Assembly: GCF_001194135.2 (NCBI RefSeq)
Contig: NC_069000.1
Coordinates: 28,502,667 to 28,566,666 of the forward strand
Reading direction: 5' to 3'
Length of the DNA stretch: 64,000 nt
Source of the DNA: Octopus bimaculoides
Lineage: Eukaryota
The notes beneath the pieces were generated by a model, which was given only the letters and a program-made list of their open reading frames with translations, was not told where the DNA came from and did no database searches. Below, one piece after another: positions 25,273 to 38,639 of this stretch. Position 1 is the first letter of the stretch, and every line of letters starts with the position of its first letter. A program made the translations under genes and the position numbers.

Positions 25273-28200
25273 TTTTATTAATACAATAATGTCACATATA
25301 GATGATACAGCACAGGACAATACATACAAATGAAGTTAATGCGAGTTCGAATGAACCTTAGTTAAAAATTTTTATGAAAAGATGAATTTTATATTATATA
25401 GTCTTTTTTTTTCCCTTTTGGGAAGGGGATTATGCCCGGTTGCCTAAAAGGCCCAGCCGCTACACCTTTCCTTCCTTTTTTTCTCCCAATGCAGATTAAG
25501 TAGGGTTACTAGTACCCACCTTTCTTAACACAGCCTTCCATCTTTCCTCAAACACACTTCGCAACAAGATTCTCTTCTCCAGCCCTATCTTCAGGTGATA
25601 TCTGAAGTATTGTAGCAAACCAGGGCCAGAGATGAAGGATCCCATCATGAGTCCTTGCATTCTAGTCTTTCACACATTCTTTCAGCACAGCAACTGTGCA
25701 GAAAAAAACATACCTCACCTTCCTTCAAGAGTCCAGTTGGTGGTACAATCTTTATTATAGATTCAGCTAATAGCTGTACTCCTCCCAGATGTGACAACAC
25801 GTGTTCAACATAAATCATCAAGCCTGACAGCCCCCGACAATGTACAAAAGCATGCTGGACGGTTTCATCGTCCAGCCCACATCTTGGACATGTTGTTGGC
25901 ACTGACATTCCATGCCTGGATAACTTATCTCAAACAGGTAAAACGTTCCTGTAGCACTGCCAGGTCAGGGATTTTTGGTAATTATCCAAATACCCTAACC
26001 TGAAAGTTTTTTGGAACAGGTTGGTAAGCTGGTTCTCATCAAACCCCAGAGCCCCTCCTAGGGCATCATCGTTTTTATGCTCTACCAGCTCTCTATACAA
26101 AACCAAAGTGGTATTCTCACTGCCAGCTTTGCCCACCTTGTGGATAAGCATGAGTGCCTGTCAGCACTCCTTTTACTATTCGGTCAGATTATGTCTTTTT
26201 ATGAAACATGGTTTAAATTTCTCCAAGGAAGCTAGTCGTGGAAAGAATTCCTTTGCCAGCGGATTCCACACCTTATCACCTTCCAGGTAGTGTCAGAGAT
26301 GCCTCAGCCTCAATGCATGTCTACGCATCATCAACAGCAGAGCGCCTCACAAGTGGCTTTCCTCCCTTCCACAATACATGGAAGATGAGTCGCTCCAATT
26401 TGTTCAGCCATGAGAAAGGGCAACGGACAATGGTCAGGTGGTAGGTGATGACAGATGCAATAAACACTTGTACCACCTGAAAGGAAGGGGGAGGTGGTAC
26501 AGAGACCTTCCAGACCAGGGCCTCCACTCTGTCTGCCACGTCGCTCCAATTCTTTTCTGTCCATTCCAAACCAAACTCCAAGCAACTTAACAGGACCATC
26601 TGTCCAGTGACCCATGACACTGGACGATATTGACTTGCTCCTCCAGGTGCCGAGGCACAAGCCGATGGACTTGTCCTTGTTAACTTTGCCCCTGCCACTG
26701 CCTCGTATCCTCTGATAGCCTCTTCTACACGGGGAGCTGAGCCTCATTGGACATGATGATGGTAACGTCATCTGCGTAAGCAGAGACCGACTTACTGCAA
26801 CCAATTTCATTGGGGGTGTCCCCCAAATTCTCCAACTTCTGCAGTAATGGCTCAAGAGCCAACACATACAGAAGTGGAGACAGGGGACACCTTTGATGAA
26901 CTGAAAACTTGATTGAAAACGGCTCCGACAGGTAGCTGTTTATTTGGACTGTGGATTTGATGCCGTTATACATGGCAGAGATTAAACCACAGAAGTCAGG
27001 CCCAGCCCAGCTGCTTTGAGGACTACCACCAGGTATTGGTGGTCTACCCTATCAAATGCTTTACTTTCGTCTAAATGGGCCAGTGCCCCACCTTTGCTGG
27101 TTAATTTACCCAACCTGTCTAAGATGTCGTGGATGAGGTGAAGATTGTCTTGGATCGACCTGCTGGGATGGTGCATGTCTGTGCCTTCCCTACCAGTTTC
27201 TCCACAACACACGTCAACCTTTTAGCTAACACCTTGGCCAAAATCTTTAACTCTACATTGTGTAGAGTTATGGGCCTGTAATTATTTATAATATACCCCT
27301 TGCTTGGGTCCTTTTGGATCAACGTCAGTACTTCCTGACTCACAGAGCAGGGAATCATCCCATTTTGTTGTCAGTTTGTGTAGACGCTGGCCAGCAGGTC
27401 CCAGAACAAGTCCGGCGTGCTATGACAAAACTCATAGGGTAGACTTTTCCCTGGTGCACTCGGGCAACGCCTCTTTGACCTCCGCAGCTGTAACTGGCCC
27501 TTCACAGTACCTTGTCTCCCATGCCGAGAGTTGCGTCCCGCTGGCGATGAATTCCTTTAGGGACTTTCCACATTCTAGAGTGTCGCCCTGCCCAAACAAC
27601 TGTGCAAAATGTCGATGAAAAGCCTTTTGCATCTCATCCTGTCCATAGATATTGCACCCGTTTGTCTATTAAAGACTTTATAGAGGCATTTTTACCTCTC
27701 TGACTCTCCACACGACGTGGCCATCCGGCAATGTTAATACCTTCTCGTCCCACTGCATGTAGCTTAGCTCTAACTCTGCAGACTTCATGTTTAGCGTTGA
27801 GGTGACAGTACAAGATTGTTTTTGCTGCCTGCATTCTAGATGCAGAGCCAGATTCAAAGGCCTCATCTAGGTTCTTAACTAAGTTACCCTCTATTCTAGA
27901 TCTATCTAAACTTAGCTGATTGCTAAATCTAATAGACTCTAAACGGATGGCTCTCTTGAGGGCATGTCACCATCTATTATTAATGTTGGCACCACATAGT
28001 GCCCTTTGTACTAACTCCTTAATCTGGGCACGGAAGGCTTTAGAAGTCAAAATAGACTTGTTCATCTTCCAGTATCCAGGTCCCTGTCTGTGACATTTAT
28101 CTATGTGTACTGCACACATCACAAATTTGTGATCGTGTAAGGTGCAATACAAAATTGTGGAGTACTAAAAGTATCCCTATCTCTATCTCTTACGAATACT

Positions 28201-30481
28201 CTATCTAAATAAGATCTGCATGAGCTGTCGTTATAACTCCATGTCCACTGTGGAACGAACGGCTTATCAAGTCTGTACCGGTCTACTAGATTATAGCTGT
28301 CTAATAGACCCTTGAGGCCAGGGTTTCCCTTCCTATCAGTCAAACCAACACTATCCACCCATGCATCGAGGATAGTGTTAAAATTGCCTAACAGAACTAT
28401 TGTTTTTGACATCATTAGAAAGTGCTCCTGGTCTTGATAAAAACCCGACTGCCTACCCTCCTTAGGAGCGTAGACAGCTACCAACCTGAAGGACTGTTTA
28501 CTCACATGGGTCACATCTAGGACAACGAGCCTACCTTCTTGGTCCAGAAAAACTGTACTTACCTGTATGTACAAGTTCTTCCTGAATAAGACCGCCACGC
28601 CCCCCCTCCTTGTCAGCTAGAAATAAATTTCTCATAGTCATTCAAGAGAGGCGAGAACGCTTGTGGTCCACTCATCTTGGACTCAGTTACGATGCATACA
28701 TCTATATCATGTGATCTGAGGTCGTGCAGGAAACAAGCTTGTTTCCATTTCAACCCCAGACCACGCACATTCATGCACCCTAACTTAATCGACATGGTAC
28801 AAAAATTTTGAAAAGGAGTACTTATAGTTTGAGTTTGGGGAGGGGCTGCACAAATCTGTCTTCTTCCCCATCCTTCTCTTTACTTGGTGTAGCTGCTGGG
28901 CTTTTTCTAGGTGTGGCGGCCGGGCTTACAATTAGCTTCACCTCAGAGCTGACATCTCTTATATCTTCTGAATAGCGAGATTATATCTTATATCTTATAT
29001 CTTCTGAATAGCGAAAAAAGTTTCCCATCCATTTTTGCAAATCTCACCTCTTTTTGTGTCTTTGATTTACTTATACACTCTCGTCCTGTGATGGTGCTTG
29101 ATGACTGTTGCTAATGGTTTGTTTTTCTCACTAAACATTGCAATATTTTCTTGTATTTTAGGGAGAGGTTTGGCAAATGGTTTTACTATGGGGTTGGATT
29201 GGGGAGTTTGGTTCTGTGTGTTTGCTGTTGTTGCTTTTTTTGTTTTGGAGGGGAGTCGGGAACGTGTTTTTTTCTTTTTGTGAGTGATTGTAGTGAAGTC
29301 CATTTCTTCGTTTTCATTATCTAACTGTGTCTTCTTTGATTTCCACTTTGTCTTTCTTTTTGTGCTTTCTTCTTTGTTTTTTTTCTCCCTTTGTAGTGGT
29401 CTTTTCTGTTTTCTCATTCGTGGCTTTTTGGGGAGGGACCAATTGGAATGGACATAGCCCTTCTCTCCACATCTGAAGCATCTGGGCCTACGTCTTTCCA
29501 CTGCTACCCGCATGAATAGCCCCTTACCTACAAACACCCTACTGGGCAAATTTTTGAGGGTCACATTGGCTACTTGAATGACCATTTCTAATGATTGTCC
29601 TCACCAGTTCACTGCCTCCTTTTTCTTCATTTGCAAAACCAAAATCTCTTCTACATCGTACATGACTGCAGCTGCTACCCACATTATCTCATACTCTACT
29701 GGGATTTCATCAACTGTTATTTTTATGATCCTGCAACCCAAGTAAGTGGGTAGCAGCATTATCTTGTCATTCTTTAACGTTTGTGTTGACACTTCCTTTG
29801 CTTCGCTAGCCAACTCGAACTGTGCCTCGATAATAGCACTTCTCACCCCTCGACTAATATAGTGAACTTTATGCCATACTGGCACCATACATTTCTCTAC
29901 TGTTTCATTTTTAACATCCATTATTCTTTTCTCTTTGATGTTATATATCTTGTATATAACTGTTTTGGCATTAATGACCTGTGCTGTCTCTGGGGGCAGC
30001 AACAACTTTGTATCCGCTCCCCTTTTTTTTATCAGATTCCTGAACTTAAAAAGTTGTTCCATGGTGACTTCAAGCTCAGTCATGTTGCCACCCACCACAG
30101 CTGAAAAACTTTGTTTCTTCCTGGTATCCTCATTATTAACAGTCAGATTTCCTTTTCCCATCTCAGGAAAATCCTTCTTAGAAGAGATGTTAAATTCCAT
30201 AACGAATTTACCACAAACTTGTCAAAATAACACAAAAATTTTCAGAATAAATTACCTGTAATGGGTTTAAAAAAAAACAAACATTTTCACAATAAATTTT
30301 CGAATAGAGAACAGAAATTTTCCACCCCAAAGGGCGAAAGTTACTGTTTGTCAAAAGACAACAGTTCACATCCAGTCAAGATTTTTCACAATAACACAAA
30401 TAAACAAGGAACAGACAGAAATGAACTCACATAACATAGGGTAGCAAAAATGAAGATATCGATGGATCGCAGAATAAAAAG
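25273..30481 (-). mobile_element. Full-length L1/Tx1-clade LINE (decayed ORF1 and ORF2) with target-site duplication
   Basis: ORF1 ~30200-28830 with degenerate knuckle CFRCGEKGYVHSNW. ORF2 from 28796: EN (MNVRGL, LLGNFN, YLDRVF), RT (YRPITL, AFDRVDH, YADDV), CPRC..ETVQHAFVHC. Ends AATAAAAAA. TSD at 25252-25272 and 30482-30502, 1 mismatch in 21. Confidence 0.9.
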
Positions 30482-30502
30482 GCATGGCATGCTAGCTGAA
30501 TT

Positions 30503-31765
30503 CTTTACTACAGGCACAAGGCCTAAACACAGCTGGGACATACACAGACATGCGGGAACCAAAGACACATGAAAGGATGAATGTAAAATGAATTAAATTA
30601 CAATGAAAATGAGACTGCCGTCTTGGTCCCGCTCTGAGATGAAACTGCGATCTCCTTGTTTTCTTTTTTAACCGTACATTTTAATTAACAATTTCCAGCC
30701 CCGCTCCTAGGCAAAACTGCAACTTCCCTTTTCTTTTCTACCTTACATTTTAAAGAAAATATTTTAACGACTGTTCATTCAATAGTTACAGGATTTACTT
30801 ATTTTCCTTTTTTTTTTTAAAACAAAAAATTAAACCAAATGTTTTTCTCAGTCTTTCACAGTCTTTAAAATAAATCACGACTTACACTTCATCTTCTCCT
30901 TTTCTTCCACATAATTCACCACCGAGGCGCGAGGTTCAACATCTACTTCCAGCCCCAGTGGATTGTATCTGTGTGTCTGTATGTTTGTGCATTTGTGTGT
31001 TTGTTTCACTGTAATTCTGCGTGTTTCGTCTGTGTGTCTATCTTTTTAGGTTTCTGTGATTCTAAGATATCTTGTATCTCTTTGTCTATATTTCTGTGCG
31101 TTTGTATGTCTGTGTGTTTGAGTGTCTGAATGTTTTTGTACTTGTAACTCCTTTACTGGTGATTCTACTGGTGAATCTTCCCCGTTTCTCATCATAGGTT
31201 GGATAGCCTCTTCCATTGCTTTGTACTTCTTCAGTTCCACTATCTTTGGTGACTTCCTTCTCTCTCTTTTTCTTGCTTTCACCTCTGCAAAATTCCCGTT
31301 TTGTTCTCTTATCTGTTTCTGCTGTTTCTCCACCATTATATTCTCCTGAATACTCTCCTTTACAATTTCCACTGCTGCTCTAGGGCATTTCTTTCTCAAG
31401 TGCTCTGTTTCACCACATTCATAACACTTTNNNNNNNNNNNNNNNNNNNNNNNNNNNNNNNNNNNNNNNNNNNNNNNNNNNNNNNNNNNNNNNNNNNNNN
31501 NNNNNNNNNNNNNNNNNNNNNNNNNNNNNNNNNNNNNNNNNNNNNNNNNNNNNNNNNNNNNNNNNNNNNNNNNNNNNNNNNNNNNNNNNNNNNNNNNNNN
31601 NNNNNNNNNNNNNNNNNNNNNNNNNNNNNNNNNNNNCTTATCTCCGAAAAACAAAATTGCTGCTATTATCCACTCTGGATCTTTTGATGGTGGGTTTCTT
31701 CCCACCCTAATTCTGACAATTCATTTATTCAAACAGTTTGGCATCAATATCCCATTAAATGATGA
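30503..31765 (-). mobile_element. ORF1-only (HAL1-like) Tx1-related element, 5'-truncated
   Basis: IVRIRVGRNPPSKDPEWIIAAILF aligns with ORF1 of the adjacent element (IIKITVDEIPVEYEIMWVAAAVMY). Intact CCHC CYECGETEHLRKKC. No ORF2 sequence in the ~550 bp before the tail AGTAAAGAA. Gap at 31431-31637. Confidence 0.65.
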
Positions 31766-33721
31766 TTGATATATATATATATATATATATATATATCATC
31801 ATCATCATCCTTTAACGTCTGCTTTCCATGGGCTGGATGGTTTGACTGAGGCCTGGCAAAGTTTCTACAGCTGGATGCCCTTCCTAATGCCAACCACTCC
31901 GAAAGTGTAGTGGGTACTTTTACGTGCCAGTCATGCGGTACTGGCATCGGCCACGCTCAAATGGTGCTTTTTATGTGCCACCTGCACAGGAGCTAGTCCA
32001 GTGGCACTGGCAACAACCATGCTCGAAAGGTGCTTTTTTTACGTGCCACCGGCACGGGAGCCAGTCAGTTGTCCAGGCAACGATTACGCATGAATGGTGC
32101 TTTTAACATTCCAGTGGCATGTGTCCATAGCTTATATATATAACCTGAGGACAATCCAGGACATCATCTTATTAGTGTTTCATGTAAGAACACTGTTAGC
32201 ATAGTATTCAGTTAATTGAATAAAACATCAGGTAAACTCCAATGGATTATAAATGGGGGCACCTTGCAAATCCAAGGTGTAGTCCAATAGGCATAAAATA
32301 TGATTCAGAATGTATAAATTTAATTAAAATGAGGAAAAGATAAATTCAAATTGATGTTATGATCATTTCAATAAATGAACATTTTTTCATTCTATACCCC
32401 ATATATGATGGTTCACCTGTCAAAGAGAACATATTAGTGTTCTGCTTTTTGCTGAATGACCTGCGCAAATGATTTGCTTATAGTGATCAGATGTATATGC
32501 TGTACACTAACTCACTTCCTCCATCAAATCGACATTGCTTGAAAAGGTGCATGGTGTTCATCAGGTGATGAAGTGATTGCAGAGCAATGAGTGAAGTGTT
32601 TTGCTCAAGAACACAACACACCACCTGGTCTAGGAATTGAAGCAATGATCTCGTGATTGTGAGTGCAACATCCTAACCACTAGGCTATGCATCCTCACCA
32701 CATTATAGATATACAATAAATAGAATATAAGTAATATAGACAATAAAATGAAATAGAATTATTATTATTATTATCATCGTTGTTTGGTCATCTTGTCAGA
32801 CATCATTTTTTGATACAGTTGACTTAGAAAATAGATACGTGATGCAATATAGATTTATAACACTTCATAGGTGAGTTCTATATAATCCTTCATGAGTGAA
32901 ATTCTAAGCATTTGAAATCTCATAAGAATATATGTTAACTGGCCAAAGGAAAATGAAAACATGATTTTATCAGAATTTTCCAAAGTTCAAAACATATACT
33001 AAACCTTACTTATGACACTCCATGAAAACAGATAGACACAACACATTAGTTCATTCAATTTATTCTCCTAAAGGGTCTTTCTTCTATGAAGATACCAAGC
33101 CAGGAGGAGGGATGCAAAAGAAAAAAAATCCTGGAGTAGAGCAAGACATTAGTTAGTACAAGGTTGGTATTTCTGTTCCAATTAGAAACTAATCTGTAAA
33201 CCCCCAACACTCCACTACTAACCATTCCACCACTAACACAACATCCCCCTTACCCAGACTTTTGAATAACCACAGAACAGCCTCAATATACAAGTGCACT
33301 GGATGACTTTTCCAATTGTTATTTTCAGAACACTGCTTTGACTTGAGTTTCAGAGAAATTAAGTGATTTCTTCATAAACAAAGCAATGAAATTATATATA
33401 TATATGTGTACATGTGTATGCACACACACACACACAATATAAATAAATGAAATACAAAATGGGAGTAATATGGAGGAATATTCATTCTTCTGCACCACCA
33501 GTTGAATAGAAAGAGGAAAAACTTTTTCCAAAATGCTTTCAAACATTTCAGGGTTTAAGAACTTCTACCAACAGAGTCTACACACACGCACACACACAAT
33601 GATTCTGAGAAAATGTGTGGGAGAGAGTGAATGTGAGTGTGCTGGAGGAGAGAGAGAAAGAGACAGAAAGAAATGAGTGATTCAGAGTGAAAAAGAAGGA
33701 GAGAGGGTGAAGGCAGGCAAG

Positions 33722-33763
<42 letters not shown>

Positions 33764-33858
33764 GAAAATATTATATACATTATACAGGAAACTGTACAAT
33801 GCGAGGTCATGGAAACAAGACACTGTATTATATGTGCATGTGTGCAAACACACTCACA

Positions 33859-33935
<77 letters not shown>

Positions 33936-33989
33936 CACACACAAGTATACATGTATCTATCTATCTATCAACCTCCCTACCTACACACA

Positions 33990-34455
33990 CGGGGTGTTCC
34001 AAAAAGGATACACACACATTGAATGAATATAAATCAGTCTTTATTAAAGTACATTGCATTTTCAAAATTTAATACAATCTACAAACAGAATTTAAAATGA
34101 ACACCTGTTTTCAAACTGATACCTGTTCTGGTCCAGGCACAACTGATGTGAAGCAATGGATTTGCTAACATCAAGAAACATTCCATTCAGTATCGGTACA
34201 TATTCTTGTTCAATGGCTGCTCACAATTTGTCAACTGCTGCCAGTTTTGTATTGTAAACTTTCTTTTAAGTATCTCCATAAGAGTCTAGTGGTATGAAAT
34301 CTGGTGAATACAGAAGATATTCTACTGAAACTCTCTATCCAATGCATCTATTTGGTAAAATCTCATCAAGGTAGGCTTTTACATTAATATGGTAGTGTTG
34401 GGGTACTCCATTTTGGTGGAAATCTAAGCATTTTCAAAATCCTTTATCATGGACC
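33990..34455 (-). mobile_element. Tc1/mariner-superfamily 3' fragment
   Basis: End CACGGGGTGTTCCAAAAAG; relic resembling P.HY...YLDE...RCIG...SPDFIPLDSYG.YLKRKFT. Confidence 0.55.
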
Positions 34456-34462
34456 ACTACAT

Positions 34463-34498
<36 letters not shown>

Positions 34499-35334
34499 AT
34501 CATCATCATCATCATCATCGTTTAACGTCCGCTTTCCATGCTAGCATGGGTTGGACGATTTGACTGAGGACTGGTGAACAGGATGGCTACACCAGGCTCC
34601 AATCTTACATTTATAAAAGTTAATATTTAAGTGTTGGGTATGATCCTGGTAGTATGCCAATAAAGCATGTTCACTGTCAATGGCTATCTGGTGTCATCCA
34701 CAGTAATTACACAATTGTTGCTGAATCTACCTCAGGAAATCCTCAGTGTATGTTGCATATAAAAAAAATGACAGAGACCAAAAATGGACAGTTTAATAAC
34801 ATCTACTTAACTGCCTATATGAGTGAGTGTGTGTGTACAAAGGACTGAGTGTGCATGTGTGTGTGTGCATATGTATAGAAAGGGCTGAAAGTGTGGGTAT
34901 GGAAGTAATTATACCTGGGTACTGACACACTTAAAGTTTTACTTCATTGTATGTCTTATTCTCATGATGATTATCATTTTTCTTAATTACTCACTGTCTG
35001 TATCTATAAATATGGTAAACAGAAACTAAAAAAAGAATGTGTGTAAGAGTGTTGGGGGTGCACATGCTTGATATCCCTGACCATTAATACAGAAGTTGCA
35101 ACATTTGACAATGTTCTCAATTCCCTGTTGATAATTAACCCATTCACCTGATGCCTTTGAATTTGTGTGGAATAAGAGACCCCTTACTTGGAAAAGAGGA
35201 CAGGGCTAGTGCCAAGAAGGGCCAGAAAGAATATCCAGAAAAATGAACTTAGAAAGAAAGCATTCTGGCAGTAATATAGTTTTGTCTGAAGGAAATAAGA
35301 AGAAGCTTCTATGTAATTGTTCAACCTACCAGGA

Positions 35335-36400
35335 ATAACAGCCAAATCCCTGTGGTCTGGTTTAATCCACCATTTAGTTTAAGTTTAGCAACCAGCTTAA
35401 CTACAAAAAGTTTTCAAAGCTTGGGACAAGCATTTCTCTGCATTTAGTCCATACTAGAAGATATTCAAGATATTTAACAGACACTCTGTGAAGCTAGCCA
35501 ACTCAACAACACCTAATGTTGCCCTGTATATAGCTAGAGTGGAGGCGCAATGGCCCAGTGGTTAGGGCAGCGGACTCATGGTCATAGGATTGCAGTTTCG
35601 ATTCCCAGACTGGGCGTTGTGAGTGTTTATAAAGCTCCACGGGGCCCTGGCAGGGGATGGTGGCGAACCCTGCTGTACTTTTTCACCACAACTTTCTCTC
35701 ACTCTTACTTCCTGTTTCTGTTGTACCTGTATTTCAAAGGGTCAGCCTTGTCGCACTATGTCACGCTGAATATCCCCGAGAACTCCGTTAAGGGTACAGG
35801 TGTCTGTGGAGTGCTCGGCCACTTGCACGTTAATTTCACAAGCAGGCTGTTCCGTTGATTGGGTCAACTGGAACCCTCGACGTCGTAAGCGACGGAGTGC
35901 CAACAACAAAATATAGCTAGAGTTGATAATAAAAAAACTAAACAGTCTATCCTCTATTTATATAACCCCCGGAATTAACAAATAATCAGGATAATAATCC
36001 ACATCTTAGAACAATAGTAAACAGCAACCATCCAATCAAGTAAATGAACTCTGTAATTTTAGAAATAAAACCCTGTGGCCATTTGATGGATATTGCCTGA
36101 GTAAGAAAGTTGTTTACAAATGTTCCATAAGTGCACATGGAAATGTCTATACATCTATTGAGGCTATTATAACCATACCTGCAGTTAAAGAGATAAGAGT
36201 ATGAAACTGCTTGTATTATATGTAAAGTCCAACTGTAGAAAGCTAGTAATGATATATGTAATTTGTGTATATCTAAGACTTATGAAATAATTAAGTGTAA
36301 AATCTCATAAACCAACAAGTTGATATAATAATATTTTGTCCACACATGTACCCTATGTCCTTCCCACATGATGCTAAAAATTAATGTACAAGCTTTAAGC
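35335..36400 (+). mobile_element. Penelope-like element relic interrupted by a SINE
   Basis: VVWFNPPFS..KIFNRHSVKL, CNFRNKTLWPFDGYCLSKKVVYKC, ICNLCISKTYEII. Confidence 0.7.
35541..35910 (+). mobile_element. Young tRNA-derived SINE with (CAA)n tail
   Basis: A-box TGGCCCAGTGG, B-box GTTTCGATTCC; 13-bp TSD ATATAGCTAGAGT at 35528-35540 and 35911-35923; related copy at 41834-42139 (-). Confidence 0.9.
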
Positions 36401-38639
36401 TAATTGCACAATTAATATTTCTATTACTTGTCAACCTCTGTAAGCCTGCTCCCTCCAATTAGTATAACTTCTAATTTTCTAAGTTTTTGTATTTTTACCT
36501 TGCTTAGTTTATGTAATCCCAGTCTGCACTGGGTTGAATTTGACTGATATATCAACATTAGATAGTAATGATATGGTTAGTGTATATCTTTAATCTATGA
36601 ACTAATTACCTGTAAATCTTTTCTCATAAATTAGTTATATGATGTCCAAAAATGCGCTGCTAGTCCTCCTCACATTGTACAAATAAACAAACTATTAACA
36701 TGAACTTGACTGTGCTAATAATACAACCAGTTAACTCTAAAACGTAGCCCACTTAGTTTACATCTAGATTTATGTTTCCTGTACTTTATTTTATTTCATT
36801 ATATCTGATTCCTCACTTTTAGCCTATTGTTTCCATTTATATATGTAACTTATCTATAATATAGTATTTCCTAACTGTTAGGATAGCTTGATAAGGTATG
36901 AATCATTGTGCACATGTGCGTGTGCGTGTGTGTGTGTGCGCGCGTGCAAATAATGAGTTAGGTTTGATTTGGTCACTTAAACAAAATGATTAACTATTTA
37001 TGAAATTACAATTCTGATATATTTTGTTTGAGAACTGGTATGTGTGAGTGCATATGTGAAGGTATATGTATGAATGTGTCTATGAATATTTATATGAGGT
37101 GTGTGTGTGTGTGTGTATGATGATACCCTTATGAATAGTCTTGGAATGACATTCATGTCCTTCTGAATCGGGTATGTGCGAAATTCCAACAGTTTAGGCC
37201 ACTTTTCTATCCTGCTAAGTACTTCTACTTAAACAATTACATTGTCCTTCACAAAACTGGCCTTTTATCTACATATTTAAATCCATTTTTGTTTTTCTTT
37301 ATTTTCTCCATACTTTTCATTCTATTTATTTGTATGCTAATTTATTCATTTATTTATTGTATTCTCTATTTTCTTATCTTATACTTTCTTTATTTCAATA
37401 CAGGAATGGTCAACAGAACCTTTAGAAAATAAAATCTTATTCTTTCTAATTCTATCTTTCATTTTTTGATTTTGTTATATTTCTTTTCTGAATCTGTATT
37501 TATCTACAGTCATCGCTTCATTAATGCACTCCATATATAGTAATTATAGTATATGTAAAATCTGCTGAATACATTTATATAGTTTGTAACTATATAATGA
37601 AACTATTTGTTACTTATAACAGAATCTGTTGTTAACCTACCATGAAATGTTTTGAAGTGTATTCTGTTTGTTATGTTGCAGCATAGTTATACTTACTAGT
37701 GGGACCTGTGAATATTTATTAATGGCAAACCTATTGGGTTATTTCTGAAAACTTTATCCAAAAAACCTGAAAGTGTAGCCTGTTTTGTATCTGTATAGAA
37801 AGATGGTCACACATCTGCTAATCATTGAAAAGTAAAAGAAATTGGAATATGATGATTACTTAATGCACTTTATATGTACACTCTATGCACAATTTTATAG
37901 ACTTAATATACAACACTCATAAAATAAATATTTACTATTATTTTTCCATTTTACCCATAAAGAAAAAAGAATTCTGTACATATGATACAACCATTAGTTA
38001 AATTGCATAAATCTGCCTCATAAATAAGCTTGAATATTTCATGAAATTGCACTTATGTGCATGCGTTAAGTGATAGGTGATATAAAAAAAACTTAGTTTA
38101 ATTACAAAAAAATACACTTTTTACTATCCAATCACCACCACCACCACCACTCTCTCTCTCTCTCTCTCTCTCTCTCACTTTACCTTTCTTTAACCTCACC
38201 ATCAGAACATCACCCCTCTGCTAAAATTATATTTTTAACTCTCCTCCTCTACCTTCAACTAACTTTTTTAACCAGGTAATAAATATTATGTTCCCCCTAC
38301 TTCGCATCATGGACGTTTCTCTCTTCCTCTTTCTATCTCACTCTTCACCTTATCTGCTTTTTCTCTCCTTTTTCCTTCTCCTCTCTGTCCCTTCAACTAA
38401 CCATGTGAAAGCGTTAGTTACATTCCCTCTACCTCATGTCATAGATGCTTCTCTCTCCTTCTTTTTCTCTAATCACGTAAAAGTGTTACCAATGAGTTAA
38501 GTAATGCAATGACAAACAAAATTATTATAAGATGGGTGCAGATATACATTCATATTTATATTCGTTTATATATGTGTGTCGGATGATGTAGTGTCACTTG
38601 TGTAACTAACACAGATTATGAAACAGCTGTCAAATAATG

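Noticed and set aside
33677-34072. ORFs with IY/ER/SL/TH dipeptide runs (also 13513, 23807-24218, 46298-46656, 49289)
   Set aside because: Translations of (AT)n, (AG)n and (AC)n microsatellites.
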